This document shows positions 1-10,556 of a stretch of 64,000 nucleotides of DNA, piece by piece. This DNA is from Nitrospirota bacterium. GTDB taxonomy: Bacteria > Nitrospirota > UBA9217. The notes below the pieces were generated by a model, which saw only the letters and a program-made list of their open reading frames with translations, made no database searches and was not told the origin of the DNA. Positions within the stretch are counted from its first letter, which is position 1; the number at the start of each line of letters is the position of its first letter. Both the position numbers and the translations under genes were made by a program. Where the stretch lies: positions 1,376,001 to 1,440,000 of the forward strand of contig CAWCKW010000012.1 in assembly GCA_963796285.1 (NCBI GenBank), in the 5' to 3' direction.

Positions 1-116
1 TTCGTTTTAAAAAAGCGAAATTGATAATAAAACACTATGTATCTTTTGTCAATAAAAAATAGTTAGACAGCACGCTCCACAAAGACTTTTCAGCAAAGAA
101 GCTTCCAAGAAAAGGC

Positions 117-145
117 TTGATTTTTCAGCCAGTCTGTGATAATGT
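117..145 (+). promoter_or_regulatory. Putative sigma70 promoter of the rpsF operon
   Basis: TTGATT at 117-122 and TGATAATGT at 137-145, upstream of the rpsF leader. Confidence 0.5.
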
Positions 146-200
146 TCCCTCTCGCAAAACTGAGTAAGGTCGATTCCCGTACAGGACATGAAACGGGATT

Positions 201-248
201 ACTCCTTGCTCCCTGAGTAGCAGCAGGGGGCTATAACCCATGAGGAGA
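201..248 (+). ncRNA. S6:S18 ribosomal protein leader (rpsF autoregulatory RNA)
   Basis: CTCCTTG pairs with the SD-containing TGAGGAG, inner stem CTCCCTG/CAGGGGG, unpaired CCC before the SD; same layout as the known rpsF leader. Confidence 0.8.
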
Positions 249-256
249 CAAAGAAA

Positions 257-631
257 ATGCACATTTACGAATCAATATTCATCATCAACCCCAACCAGAC
301 CGACGAAGAGACGGCCAATGTGATCAAGAAAATGCAGGACGTGGTCACGAAACAGGGCGGCGAAATGACCAAGTTCGAGGACTGGGGCAAAAAGAAACTT
401 GCCTATGAGATCAAGAAGCAGAAGCGCGGCCACTATGTGTTCTTCCAGTTCAAGGCAGCGCCCAGCGTGGTAAGCGAACTCGAGCGTACGTACAAGATGA
501 CCGATTCGGTCATCAAGTTCTTGACGGTCAAGCTCGAAAAAGAACTGCGCGTTAGGCCGGCCCCCAAACCGAAGAAGAAAGACCTCGCCAAAGCAGCGGC
601 AGCTGCAGAGGCAGGACAGGCCACGGCGTAG
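257..631 (+). CDS. rpsF: 30S ribosomal protein S6
   Basis: YESIFIINP, WGKKKLAYEIKK, GHY motifs; GAGGAG SD; synteny with ssb and rpsR. Confidence 0.97.
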   Translation: MHIYESIFIINPNQTDEETANVIKKMQDVVTKQGGEMTKFEDWGKKKLAYEIKKQKRGHYVFFQFKAAPSVVSELERTYKMTDSVIKFLTVKLEKELRVRPAPKPKKKDLAKAAAAAEAGQATA

Positions 632-715
632 CCGCTGCCCGCTGTTCGTAATTTGTCCGACTCCCTCCTGCAACTGAACAGATGCATGAGGTCGTCGTTA
701 AAATCGAGGTAACCC

Positions 716-1140
716 ATGACAAGCTTTAATAAAGTGATCCTGCTGGGCAATCTCACCCGCGATCCCGAGGTGCGCTACACCCCGAACGGCAGCGCGGTCG
801 CGAGCTTTGCCATCGCAGTCAACCGCAAGTACAAGCAAGGCGAAGAGACCAAGGAAGAGGTCAGCTATCTCGACATCGTCGTGTTCGGCAAGCAGGCTGA
901 GAACTGCGGGCAATATCTCAACAAGGGAGATGCGGCACTGATCGAAGGCAGGTTGCAGCAGCGTCGATGGGAAGACAAAGATTCCGGCCAGAAGCGAAGC
1001 AAGGTCGAAGTGGCAGCGCAATCAGTGCACTTCATGCCGAAGCGTTCATCCGCGGGTCAGGGTGCAGGCCAGGGTGGCGGTCACAGCCAATCTGAGCCCG
1101 CTCCGAAACGCCCCTGGATGAGGGAGAGATCCCCTTCTAA
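716..1140 (+). CDS. ssb: Single-stranded DNA-binding protein (frameshift near 1108)
   Basis: FNKVILLGNLTRDPEVRYT OB-fold start; the canonical acidic tail LDEGEIPF* is in another frame ending TAA 1138-1140. Confidence 0.93.
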
Positions 1141-1190
1141 CGCAGGACAACTGAGTATTAAAAAAACTACTACACGAGGAGTTCAATATT

Positions 1191-1505
1191 ATGGCAGAGT
1201 ACCCAGCAAGATCATCGGCACCACGGTCTTCTGACTCGCGAGGCAGCAGAGGAGACAGCAGAGGCGGCAGCGGCCCGAACAAGAGACGTTTCCAGGTCCG
1301 GAAAAAGGTGTGCCGGTTCTGCGTCGACAAAACACCGTTCATCGATTACAAGGACATGAAGACACTCAGGTTCTTCATCACCGAGCGAGGCAAGATCCTT
1401 CCCCGCCGCATCTCCGGCAACTGCGCCCGGCATCAGCGCGAGGTCACCGTCTCGGTGCAGCGGTGCAGAAATATCGCGCTCCTTCCGTTCTCAGGAGAGA
1501 AGTAA
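1191..1505 (+). CDS. rpsR: 30S ribosomal protein S18 (Zn-binding type)
   Basis: [37 protein letters not shown]. Confidence 0.97.
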   Translation: MAEYPARSSAPRSSDSRGSRGDSRGGSGPNKRRFQVRKKVCRFCVDKTPFIDYKDMKTLRFFITERGKILPRRISGNCARHQREVTVSVQRCRNIALLPFSGEK

Positions 1506-1554
1506 GTTCGCGCTGTGCGTTGGCAGGCAGCGCACGTTCATGACACACAAAACA

Positions 1555-1601
1555 GGGAAACGCAGCGGTTACGTACAGGTGACCCTGAGTTTCCTTTTTT
1601 T
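1555..1601 (+). terminator. Intrinsic terminator after rpsR
   Basis: Stem GGAAAC..CGGTTAC / GTGACC..GTTTCC followed by a T run. Confidence 0.6.
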
Positions 1602-1812
1602 ATTATAACGGCTTGAGCTGCAAAGCCATATCACCGTGGCGCCAGGACACAGAGAAATGTTTTTTGCACTGATGTACACTGATTACTTGAGATCTATCGG
1701 TGGAGCTCATACGCAATCGTTCTTTTTCAGAGTCAGGGTCATTGACCTTCCCCGCGTATCCACTGTGAGTCTTTGTCCTTATTTTTCGAATCGACCTTTT
1801 GGAGAGATCACC

Positions 1813-2743
1813 ATGAACTACCGTGCCATTCTTATCGCGACAGTACAGACCCTCGGGCTCTTTGTTGCCGGAATTATCCATCCGATCGGCCAGCTGCTCG
1901 CTCTTTTCACTCCCGTGCCGCTCATTCTCGTCTCTATCCGGAACAGGAGTGTGGATGGTCTTATGACGCTCGCCGCTGTCAAGCGTCATCATGGCCGCCC
2001 TCGGGGGATGGCAGGCAGCGGCCATTCTTGTTCTTAGTTTCGGCCTGATGGCGATCGGCACCTCGGAAGGCATGCGCAGAAAATGGAAACCCGAGCAAAC
2101 CTCGCTCCTGGGCGGACTCCTTCCGATCGCGGTTCTGGCGGTAATCGTCGTTTTCTACCTGGTCCGGGCAGGCAAAAACCCGATCATGGAGGTCGAGGCG
2201 TATCTCCGGGAAATCATTGCCAATGCAGCAAAAACCTATACGACCATGGGGTTCACTGAAATGGCGGCTACGATCTCATCGATCTCCGATCCCGTCATCT
2301 ATTACTTTGCCAGACTCCTCCCGGGCATTACCATCGCCACTTCGGTGGTTCAGGCGGCCTGCTGTTTTGTCATTGCCCGCGCCATGCTCATGCGAAAACC
2401 GGTAACGGAACCGGCACCAGCTCGGACCTCGCTCGTCTCATGGCATGCGCCGGACTCGTGGGTCTGGGGCCTCATCGCGGCCCTCGCCCTCATCGTACTC
2501 CCGCAGGAGACAGCACGACTCACGGGATGGAACATTGCGATCCTCTTTGCTGTGCTCTATCTCGCACAGGGCTCCGCTATCGTGGAGCATTACCTCAGAA
2601 AAGCGGGCATCAAGACCATTGGCCGGGGACTCCTCCTCGCGCTCATCCTGATCATGCCGTCCATCGTGTTCGTGGTCGCCCTCGGCATTGTCGACATCTG
2701 GGCGGACTTCCGAAAGGTGCGGGTGCCGGTACAAACGATGTAA
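1813..2743 (+). CDS. DUF2232/YybS family membrane protein (frameshift near 1980)
   Basis: GGAGAG SD then ATG 1813; hydrophobic ORFs 1636-2037 and 1991-2743 join; W..P motif and C-terminal LGIVDIWADFRK; usual position after rpsR. Confidence 0.8.
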
Positions 2744-2763
2744 GTCTTCCAGCCATTGAACCT

Positions 2764-2870
2764 GAAAAAAGAATTTGGACGCTGATGGGGTGGATTAACG
2801 TATGATAAAAGCGGATGAAGATCAAAGGGAACAACTTCACCCGATGGATAAAACACAATCCAAAAATAAT
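2764..2870 (+). repeat. Dispersed intergenic repeat family A, copy 1
   Basis: ATTTGGACGCTGATGGGGTGGATTAACGTATGATAAAAGCGGATGAAGATCAAAGGGAA aligns with the reverse complement of 16830-16950. Confidence 0.8.
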
Positions 2871-2979
2871 CCTGGAACAGCTTGTTACTGCCCTCTAACA
2901 ACCTAACATTTCTCTGTTGGTTTGATGCGCTGTATGGCAATTCTTGCTTTTCAACAGCAGGTATTGTATAAACGTTTCT

Positions 2980-3864
2980 ATGCGGACCACCTTGAACCCT
3001 ATTGACCGCCTCACCCTTTCCTTTATCGTGCTGCTCACGGCGGTCATCCTGTTCAACGTCTCCTTCATCTCATCCTGGCCGCAACTCATCTGCACCTACT
3101 TTGTGCTGGTGCTGGTCATTCTTTTACTCGCTGCGCTGGACAGAAGGACTCCCGGAAGAAAGCCTTTCAGTTTCCTGCATGCTTTTTTCCCGATCATCAT
3201 TGTCGCAATGATCTTTAACAGCCTCGGCGACATCATCCCCTTCATCCGGCATCAATACTACGACGACGTCTTGATCCGGATCGACCACATGCTCTTCGCC
3301 ACTCATCCGACCGTGTGGCTGGAACAGTTCAATAGCGCCCCGCTCACCGCAGTGCTCCAAATCGCGTATATCAGCTATTACGGTATGCCGATCGCGCTCG
3401 GCACGTTACTCTATCTCCGGGATAGACGGGTTGAATTCGAGACCGCGGTTTTCACTATCCTCCTCTGTTTTTATCTTTCCTACATCGGCTATATGCTTTT
3501 CCCCGCCGTCGGGCCCCGGTTCACGCTGAACTACCTGCAGACAACTGACCTTCAAGCAGGACCGATGACCCAGTGGATACAGCAGAGCCTCAACTCGCTG
3601 GAGCACAACAAAACCGATGCCTTCCCGAGCGGCCATACCGCCGTGGCGCTGGTGACGCTTTTTTTTGCATGGAAATACCGGCAGAGAGATCTCTTCCGTG
3701 TTCTGGTGCCGGCTGTATCGGCCCTGATCGTCTCAACGGTGTACCTCAGATACCACTATGTCATTGATGTCATCGCCGGCGTGCTGCTCGCCTTGCTGAC
3801 TATTTTCATTGCGCCGTGGATGCATCGGCTTTTCTCAGGAGCGGACCATCACTCGCGGGGCTAA
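2980..3864 (+). CDS. PAP2-superfamily membrane protein, AUR1/inositol-phosphorylceramide synthase-like
   Basis: Multi-TM; P..GPRF, DAFPSGH and STVYLRYHYVIDVIAG motifs match the AUR1-type catalytic His/His/Asp layout. Confidence 0.8.
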   Translation: MRTTLNPIDRLTLSFIVLLTAVILFNVSFISSWPQLICTYFVLVLVILLLAALDRRTPGRKPFSFLHAFFPIIIVAMIFNSLGDIIPFIRHQYYDDVLIRIDHMLFATHPTVWLEQFNSAPLTAVLQIAYISYYGMPIALGTLLYLRDRRVEFETAVFTILLCFYLSYIGYMLFPAVGPRFTLNYLQTTDLQAGPMTQWIQQSLNSLEHNKTDAFPSGHTAVALVTLFFAWKYRQRDLFRVLVPAVSALIVSTVYLRYHYVIDVIAGVLLALLTIFIAPWMHRLFSGADHHSRG

Positions 3865-3921
3865 TTCCCGCAGCCTGCAGACGCTCATGGTTATTGTAAT
3901 TCGTTATTTAACCTGAATAAT

Positions 3922-3960
3922 AAATTTGGACACTGAAGGGGCGGAATGAGCAGAATGATA
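3922..3960 (+). repeat. Repeat family A, partial copy 2
   Basis: ATTTGGACACTGAAGGGGCGGA core. Confidence 0.65.
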
Positions 3961-4097
3961 ATATGAAAAAAATGCACCATGACACGACTTGGACAGGAGT
4001 AACAGGATTGACAGAGATTTATTAAAAAGCATAAATCCGCTTTTATCCTGTAATCCTGGTTAAAAAAACATGTTCCGGATTGTCCGGGTAAAAGGAG

Positions 4098-5212
4098 TTA
4101 AAGGCTCTTTTCGTAAATCCGCCATTTTTTGTAGACGTTCCCGCCCATGAATTCGCAGCCCTTTTGCATAAGGGTGTTGTCTTCCAGGACCCAGGACATC
4201 TCTGCCCGTTCGATACCCTTTGCGTTTGGCCGCCTTGAACGACTCGAGGTAAAGCAGTCCCTCGATGCCTCTCTTCCGGTACTCTTCCTTCACGCCCATG
4301 GTCAGGACGCGGATATCCGATATCTGTTCTCGAATACCATAAGAACTTCATGATCTCAATGGGGCCAAGCCTGCCGTTGATCCTGCTGAGGACCTGGTTG
4401 TAGTCCGGCACGGCCATGTAAAATCCCGCCGGATTGCCGTCCACCTCGGCCATGATAAGCAATTCTGGCACGATGAGCGGCTTAAGCCTCTTTGCCATGG
4501 ATTCGATCTCTTTGTCGGTCATCGGCACAAAACCCCAGTTCTGGCCCCACGCCGAATTATAGATCTCCTTGACCGCGTCCAGCTCGCTCCTGAATTTTTT
4601 CATATTGGCGGGACGCACGACGAGACCCGGCATCTTTTGCCTGACCACTGCCGCCAGTCGTTCAAGCCTATCGCCGGCTGATACATCAGCGATCACCGAG
4701 ATGTATGCATAGAGGTCTTTGGCCTTTGTCAATCCGCATCGTTCCATGTAATCGAGGTAATACGCCGGCGTGTAGGTCATCATGATCATCGGCGGAGAAT
4801 CGAACCCTTCCAGGAGAAAACCGCACTCGTCATTTGTCGAAGGGTTCATGGGCCCGCGCATGACCCCGATGTCTCGCGCCTTGAGCCAATTCGACGCTGC
4901 CCGGACCAGGCTGTCGGCAATCTCCGGATCGGGCATGCATTCAAAAAAACCAAAGAAGCCCGCCCGCTCGTTGTGGAGAGCGATATGGTTCCGATCAATG
5001 ATCGCCGCGATCCTGCCGACGACCTCGCCATTCTTCCGCGCAAGGAAATACGCCGCCTCCGCGTGTTCGAAAAACGGGTTCTTGTGGCTCAGGATGAATT
5101 TGACCTCGCTCAGGAGGGGCGGCACCCAGTTGGGATTTCCCTTATAGACCTTCCAGGGGAATCGGATGAACCGGTCCAGGCCAGGCGCATCGGATATTTG
5201 CTCGATCTGCAT
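4098..5212 (-). CDS. GNAT-fold N-acyltransferase, bacterial ceramide synthase (bCerS)-like; frameshifts near 4325 and 4210
   Basis: FIRFPWKVY..PNWVPPL, GRIAA, GFFGFFE, RGPMN; C-terminus (GVKEEYRKRGI..., EMSWVLEDN..., KKWRIYEKSL*) recoverable in alternate frames; directly downstream of spt. Confidence 0.8.
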
Positions 5213-5222
5213 TATCGATCCC

Positions 5223-6404
5223 TTATGAAATCATCCCCAGCTTCTTCCCCGTCTTCTCGACTATCCCGAGCACGCGGTCAAGCATCTCATCGGTATGGGT
5301 CGCCATGTAACTGGTGCGGATCATACAGCGTCCCTGCGGCACTGCGGGTGGCACCACGGGGTTTACGAACACCCCCTCCTCGCCCAGGATCTTCCACATC
5401 ATGAACGCCCGTTCCATCTCTCCCATCATGAGCGGAATGATAGGCGTTTCGGCTACCCCGGTGTCAAAGCCCATCTGCTTGAACGCTTTTATCATCTTGT
5501 TCGTGTGGCGCCAGAGGCGTTCCCTGCGATCGGGCTCCTCGGCAATGATGTCCAGCGCCGCGATGACCGCGGCCACGGAAGCGGGCGGCGGACTCGCGCT
5601 GAAGATCAGGGGGCGGGCATGGTGCTTCATGTAATGGATAACCTCCTCGTCGGCAACGGCGAACCCGCCGATAGAAGCAAGTGACTTGCTGTACGTGCCC
5701 ATGATGACATCCACGTCCTTTTCGAGGCCGAAATGCTCGGCAGTACCGCGGCCGGTTTCACCCAGGACGCCGATGCCGTGGGCATCATCTACCATGAGCC
5801 GTGCGCCGTATTTTTTACAGACCTTCACGATGTCCGGGAGCGGCGCGATGTCGCCCTCCATGCTGTAGACGCCGTCCACCACCACCAGCTTGCCCCTGTC
5901 TCCGCACTCTTGCAGAACGAACTCGAGGCTGTTCATGTCGCTATGTTTGAACTTCTTGATTTCCGCAAATGAAAGCCTGCAGGCATCGATGATGCTGGCA
6001 TGGTCAAGCTTGTCGATCACGACGACGTCGTCCTTGCCCGCCAGGGAAGAGATAATACCGAGGTTCGTCATGTAACCGGTGGAAAAGGTAAGGGCAGCAT
6101 CCTTGCGAAAGAACTTCGCCAGCTTATCTTCGAGTTCCACGTGGATGTCAAGCGTGCCGTTCAAAAAGCGCGAACCCGCGCAACCGCTTCCGTACTTCCT
6201 AACGGCCTCGATCGCCGCTTCTTTTACCTTCGGGTGGTTGGTGAGCCCAAGATAGTTGTTCGATCCGAGCATGATCATCTTCTTGCCCCCAACGATCACC
6301 TCGGGGTCCTGGGCCGATTCCATGACGCGGAAGTAAGGATAGAATCCCGCGGCCATTATCTCTTTTGCCGTCGTAAATGATTTGCACTTGTCGAAGAAAT
6401 CCAC
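5223..6404 (-). CDS. spt: PLP-dependent alpha-oxoamine synthase, probable serine palmitoyltransferase
   Basis: [45 protein letters not shown] (PLP Lys); GTG start after GAGGGG; flanked by bCerS-like and CerR-like genes. Confidence 0.8.
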   Translation of the reverse strand: MDFFDKCKSFTTAKEIMAAGFYPYFRVMESAQDPEVIVGGKKMIMLGSNNYLGLTNHPKVKEAAIEAVRKYGSGCAGSRFLNGTLDIHVELEDKLAKFFRKDAALTFSTGYMTNLGIISSLAGKDDVVVIDKLDHASIIDACRLSFAEIKKFKHSDMNSLEFVLQECGDRGKLVVVDGVYSMEGDIAPLPDIVKVCKKYGARLMVDDAHGIGVLGETGRGTAEHFGLEKDVDVIMGTYSKSLASIGGFAVADEEVIHYMKHHARPLIFSASPPPASVAAVIAALDIIAEEPDRRERLWRHTNKMIKAFKQMGFDTGVAETPIIPLMMGEMERAFMMWKILGEEGVFVNPVVPPAVPQGRCMIRTSYMATHTDEMLDRVLGIVEKTGKKLGMIS

Positions 6405-6447
6405 GGTTTTTCCCCTCTTAGCTTGAAGTTTGGCGTCTGCCTTTTTT

Positions 6448-7431
6448 TTATAGCCAGTTGTTATCACGGTACCACCTCCATGTGATGTCTAACCCTTGAT
6501 GTAAGGGGTACGCAGCTTTGAATCCGAGTTCCTTTTCCGTTTTGGCGATATCGCAGATCCAGTACGTTTGAGAGGCCTCGCACACCTTCTGCCTGTTCGT
6601 AAGTGCGGGCCTGGAGGTGAACAAGCTCCCCACCTCTGACACCAGGCCGATCAGGTATGCGGCCGAGTACGGAATTTTGATGGTGCGCGCCTTCACCGAC
6701 CCTGTGGACAGCAATGCCTGCCTGAATTCGGACCATGAGTATGGCCGGTCCTCGGCAACAAAATAGATACTTCCACTCGCTGTCTGCTGTTCCATGGCAA
6801 GGAACACGGCATTCACGAGGTCCCCGACATAACAGAAATTGAGAAACCGCTCCCTGCCCGCAATCTCCAGCGTCACGCCCCGGGCTGCCCATCGGAAGAG
6901 CTCAAACATATCACGGTCCCGTGGGCCATACACCGCAGACGGCCGGAGGATGACCACGGGGAATTTTTCTTTGTATGCGAGCGTTTCTGTTTCTGCTAAG
7001 AGCTTGCTCCTGCCGTAATCAGAGACCGGATGAGGGGGATCGCTGTCTTTGACCGGAGTCCCGTCCGTGCCCGGTCCTGCTGCTGCGAGGCTCGAAATCA
7101 GGATAAACTTTTCGATGCCCGGATTATGTCGCGCACATGCTTCCAGGATATTCCTGGTACCGATATGGTTTACCTTATAATATTCTCTTGCCCGTCTAGC
7201 CTTGGTCAATCCTGCCGCGTGGATGACAACGGAAGCCTGCTTCACAGCTTTGGCAAGAGTCTCCGGCAGCAAACAGTCTCCGGCCTTCACATCAACGTTC
7301 AATCCCGAAAGCCAGCGGAGATTTGCGGGGTCCCTTACCAGGCACGAAACTGAATACCCTTTCTTGAGCAGCAGTTCCGTCAGATGGCTGCCGATGAAAC
7401 CGGTGCCTCCGGTAATGAGAATCTTCTTCAC
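6448..7431 (-). CDS. NAD-dependent epimerase/dehydratase (extended SDR), ceramide reductase CerR-like
   Basis: TGGTGFIG Rossmann motif, SSLAA, YGRSK (YxxxK), RPSAVYGP; first gene of the spt operon. Confidence 0.75.
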   Translation of the reverse strand: MKKILITGGTGFIGSHLTELLLKKGYSVSCLVRDPANLRWLSGLNVDVKAGDCLLPETLAKAVKQASVVIHAAGLTKARRAREYYKVNHIGTRNILEACARHNPGIEKFILISSLAAAGPGTDGTPVKDSDPPHPVSDYGRSKLLAETETLAYKEKFPVVILRPSAVYGPRDRDMFELFRWAARGVTLEIAGRERFLNFCYVGDLVNAVFLAMEQQTASGSIYFVAEDRPYSWSEFRQALLSTGSVKARTIKIPYSAAYLIGLVSEVGSLFTSRPALTNRQKVCEASQTYWICDIAKTEKELGFKAAYPLHQGLDITWRWYRDNNWL

Positions 7432-7702
7432 GCTGAAGCCCTCCGCTCAGTTCTCTATCAGGCTGGACGTCCATTTGATTGTCAAACCATGATATGGACC
7501 AAAAAACTGTCCTGACGGAAAAGACTGCAGTAGTGTATCATAAAGACCGACGGAGGGCAATCATAAGTGGCAAAAGAAGTGAATTTACTTATACTGTCTT
7601 TGGATCGACAGTTTGGAGTATGGATGGGGCCCTACGGAACCATGAAATGCAGTCAATACTTATGTTCAAGTTCTCAATTCCTGATTGTAAAAGAATAATC
7701 CC

Positions 7703-8230
7703 TTAGGTAGCAGTTTTGATCGCCGCGACATACGGCAGATTCCGATATTGTTCAGCGCAGTCTACGCCGTAACCTACTACGAACAGGTCCGGGATTTCGA
7801 ATCCGCGATATTTAAGGTGCACTTCGGACGTGCGCCTTGGCTTCTTGTCCAGCAGCGCGACGGCTTCGAGGCTTGCCGGCCCTTTTTCCGAAAACAGCTT
7901 GAACAGGCATGCGAGGGTCTCTCCGGTGTCCACGATCGTATCGACGAGAAGCACATGCCTTCCTCGCACGTCAATCTCAATGTCTTTTTTAATCCGAATT
8001 TCTCTCGATGCCGTTGTTGACATGCCGTAGCTCGATGCACAGATGAAGTCGATCGTCACAGGGAACGGGATCCGTCGCATGAGGTCTGCTATGAACACGA
8101 CCCCGCCCTTCAGGACGCAGATAAGTACGAGGTCCTTGCCTGCGTAGTCGCTTGCTATCTGAGCAGCCAGGTCTCCGACCTTTGTCTGAATAGCCCGCTC
8201 GTCGAACAGTATCTCCTGAATTTCCATCAT
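7703..8230 (-). CDS. hpt: Hypoxanthine phosphoribosyltransferase
   Basis: VLKGG, SSYG, LLVDTIVDTGET PRPP loop, FVVGYGVD, YRNLPY. Confidence 0.92.
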   Translation of the reverse strand: MMEIQEILFDERAIQTKVGDLAAQIASDYAGKDLVLICVLKGGVVFIADLMRRIPFPVTIDFICASSYGMSTTASREIRIKKDIEIDVRGRHVLLVDTIVDTGETLACLFKLFSEKGPASLEAVALLDKKPRRTSEVHLKYRGFEIPDLFVVGYGVDCAEQYRNLPYVAAIKTAT

Positions 8231-8242
8231 CTGACATGCTTT

Positions 8243-8398
8243 CTTTGAGGTCGGCCTTTTAAACGTCTCGATATGGCTATACTGTGTTTGAGATCGTTTT
8301 TCACGGCAGGTATGGTCAATTGTTCCCGGTTTTTTTGCTGTCGGGTTTCAACTCGTTGGCCCCGACCTCTTTGACTGTATGATGGTTCAAGTATACCA
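8243..8398 (-). promoter_or_regulatory. Extended -10 promoter and structured 5' leader of hpt
   Basis: Minus-strand TGGTATACT (8390-8398); GAGGTCGG can pair locally with CCCGAC or distally with CCGACCTC. Confidence 0.4.
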
Positions 8399-8723
8399 CG
8401 AACAGAGAATACTGAGGGTTGAAGCGAAACGGTCGAAATGTCGAAATAGTAAAAAAGCACTGTCTAATATGTATTTCATTAAACTTCCGAAATTTATTTT
8501 ATTAACCTTGAACTCGCCACATGAAGCGGATATACTTTCACTACTGCAAACGAAATATTAGTTCTTGTATTCCTGCAGGACACCCCTTTCCAAGCCGGGG
8601 AGAGGACAAGGGTAAGGAGCAAAGCGCTATCAACATTTAATGCGTTTATATCAGTTACCTCAATGCTGCAATGAAAACGACTCATGATATAATGTAATGG
8701 TAATAAAAAGTCAGGAGCGTCCC

Positions 8724-10238
8724 GTGAAAGCACTTCTCATTTATCCTGAATTCCCTGATACCTTCTGGGGCTTCAAGTATGCACTGAAATTTATCAACAG
8801 AAAGGCGAGCAGTCCGCCCCTCGGATTGTTGACCATTGCCGCAATGCTTCCTGAAGCATGGGAGACAAAACTGGTCGACATGAACGTGGAAAGCCTGCAT
8901 GACGATGATCTCAGGTGGGCTGAGCTCGTCCTTGTGAGTGCAATGTCCGTCCAAAAAGAATCGGTGAAAACAGTTCTCGCGAGATGCAAAGAATTCGGCG
9001 TCAGGACCGTCGCCGGCGGTCCTCTTTTCTCGACCGAATACGAAGCGTTCGGGGAGGTAGACCATCTGGTGTTAAATGAGGCCGAGATCACCCTCCCCCG
9101 TTTCCTGGAAGATTTCCAGAAGGGCGTTGCCGGCCATCTCTATACCACAGATCAGTGGGCAGATATGGGTCAAACACCCATCCCGCTCTGGAGACTCATC
9201 ACTACGAAGCGTTATGCCTCGATCAATATCCAGTATTCCCGGGGGTGCCCCCGAAATTGTGAGTTTTGTGACATTGCCCTGCTCTGCGGTCACACACCAC
9301 GTACAAAAGATAAAGATCAAATTATCAGGGAGCTCGAGAGTGTTTATGCAAACGGTTTCAGGGGCCAGGTCTTCTTTGTTGACGACAATTTTATCGGAAA
9401 CAAGAAAAAGCTGAAGGAGGAGATTCTTCCCGCGATCATCGACTGGACGGAGAAGAGAAAGCACCCCTTTTCCTTCAATACTCAGGCATCCATAGAACTG
9501 GCCGACCATGAAAACCTGATGCAGCTGATGGTCAGGGCGGGCTTCGACGTCGTCTTTGTCGGTATCGAAACCCCGCATGACCAGAGCCTAGCGGAGTGCG
9601 GCAAATTCCAGAACAAGAACCGCGATCTCCTTGCCAGTATCAGGAAGATCCAGCAAGCCGGCATAGAGGTACAGGGAGGATTCATAGTCGGTTTTGACAG
9701 CGACCCCCCCACGATCTTCGACACACAGATCAGGTTCATCCAGGAGAGCGGGGTCGTCACCGCCATGGTCGGCATCCTCATTGCCCTTTCACGCACGAAG
9801 CTCTATGAGAGGCTCAAAAAAGAGCAGCGGCTGCTGAAAGTGACTTCGGGGAACAATACGGATTTCGCGACCAATTTTGTCCCCAAGATGGGCTATGACC
9901 CGTTGATCATCGGTTACAAAAAGGTCCTCAAAACCCTCTATTCGCCCAAATACTTTTATGAACGGGTCAGGACATTCCTGAGAAACTACAACCCCCCAAA
10001 GAAAACAACGAATGCCTTTTGGCTCCGACTAAACTACCTGGGAGCGTTCTTCAGGTCCGTCGTTGTCCTCGGCGTCATTGGAAAAGAACGCGTCCAGTAT
10101 TGGAAGCTCCTCTTCTGGACAATGTTCACCCGTCCCCACCTGATTCCACAGGCCATCACCTTTGCGATCTACGGTTATCATTTCCGAAAGACATTTGAGA
10201 AGCGCGTCAGTCAACTTGAAAAGGAAAATAGTAAATGA
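8724..10238 (+). CDS. B12-binding radical SAM protein with C-terminal DUF4070 (HpnP-like class B methyltransferase family)
   Basis: YPEFPDTFWGF, PPLGLLT, SRGCPRNCEFC (CxxxCxxC), FFVDDNF, GGFIVGFDSD; AGGAG SD and GTG at 8724. Confidence 0.88.
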   Translation: MKALLIYPEFPDTFWGFKYALKFINRKASSPPLGLLTIAAMLPEAWETKLVDMNVESLHDDDLRWAELVLVSAMSVQKESVKTVLARCKEFGVRTVAGGPLFSTEYEAFGEVDHLVLNEAEITLPRFLEDFQKGVAGHLYTTDQWADMGQTPIPLWRLITTKRYASINIQYSRGCPRNCEFCDIALLCGHTPRTKDKDQIIRELESVYANGFRGQVFFVDDNFIGNKKKLKEEILPAIIDWTEKRKHPFSFNTQASIELADHENLMQLMVRAGFDVVFVGIETPHDQSLAECGKFQNKNRDLLASIRKIQQAGIEVQGGFIVGFDSDPPTIFDTQIRFIQESGVVTAMVGILIALSRTKLYERLKKEQRLLKVTSGNNTDFATNFVPKMGYDPLIIGYKKVLKTLYSPKYFYERVRTFLRNYNPPKKTTNAFWLRLNYLGAFFRSVVVLGVIGKERVQYWKLLFWTMFTRPHLIPQAITFAIYGYHFRKTFEKRVSQLEKENSK

Positions 10239-10285
10239 AACAATACAGGCCTGTCCCAATGATTTTGGGGTGAGGTCCTTACATA

Positions 10286-10350
10286 TGATTTTCATCCGCA
10301 TTTATTATCCGTTAATCCGCCCCTTCAGTGTCCAAATGCTTTCTTCAGAT
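10286..10350 (-). repeat. Repeat family A, copy 3
   Basis: GTTAATCCGCCCCTTCAGTGTCCAAAT is the reverse complement of the family core. Confidence 0.75.
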
Positions 10351-10399
10351 TGCAACCACACGATGATAAAACCGCAGCCCGTTTTCCCTATCTCAAAAA

Positions 10400-10445
10400 G
10401 CAAAAAAAAGAGGCTGTCTTGTCGTTAGTACAACAAAACAGCCCC
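10400..10445 (-). terminator. Intrinsic terminator for the repeat lipoprotein gene
   Basis: Minus strand GGCTGTTTTGTTGT-loop-ACGACAAGACAGCC followed by TCTTTTTTTT. Confidence 0.65.
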
Positions 10446-10556
10446 ATCAGCATCTCACAATATGTCGATTGATCTATCCATCTCTGCATGTTGCACGTTC
10501 AGGCCCATAACGGGATCGCGCCCTGACCTGAGTGCGATTTTGTGTTTTCGCTGAAC

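Noticed and set aside
5223-6404. BioF or Kbl assignment for the PLP enzyme
   Set aside because: No bio or tdh genes nearby; [11 protein letters not shown] motif and GNAT/reductase context favour Spt, though phylogeny is needed to confirm
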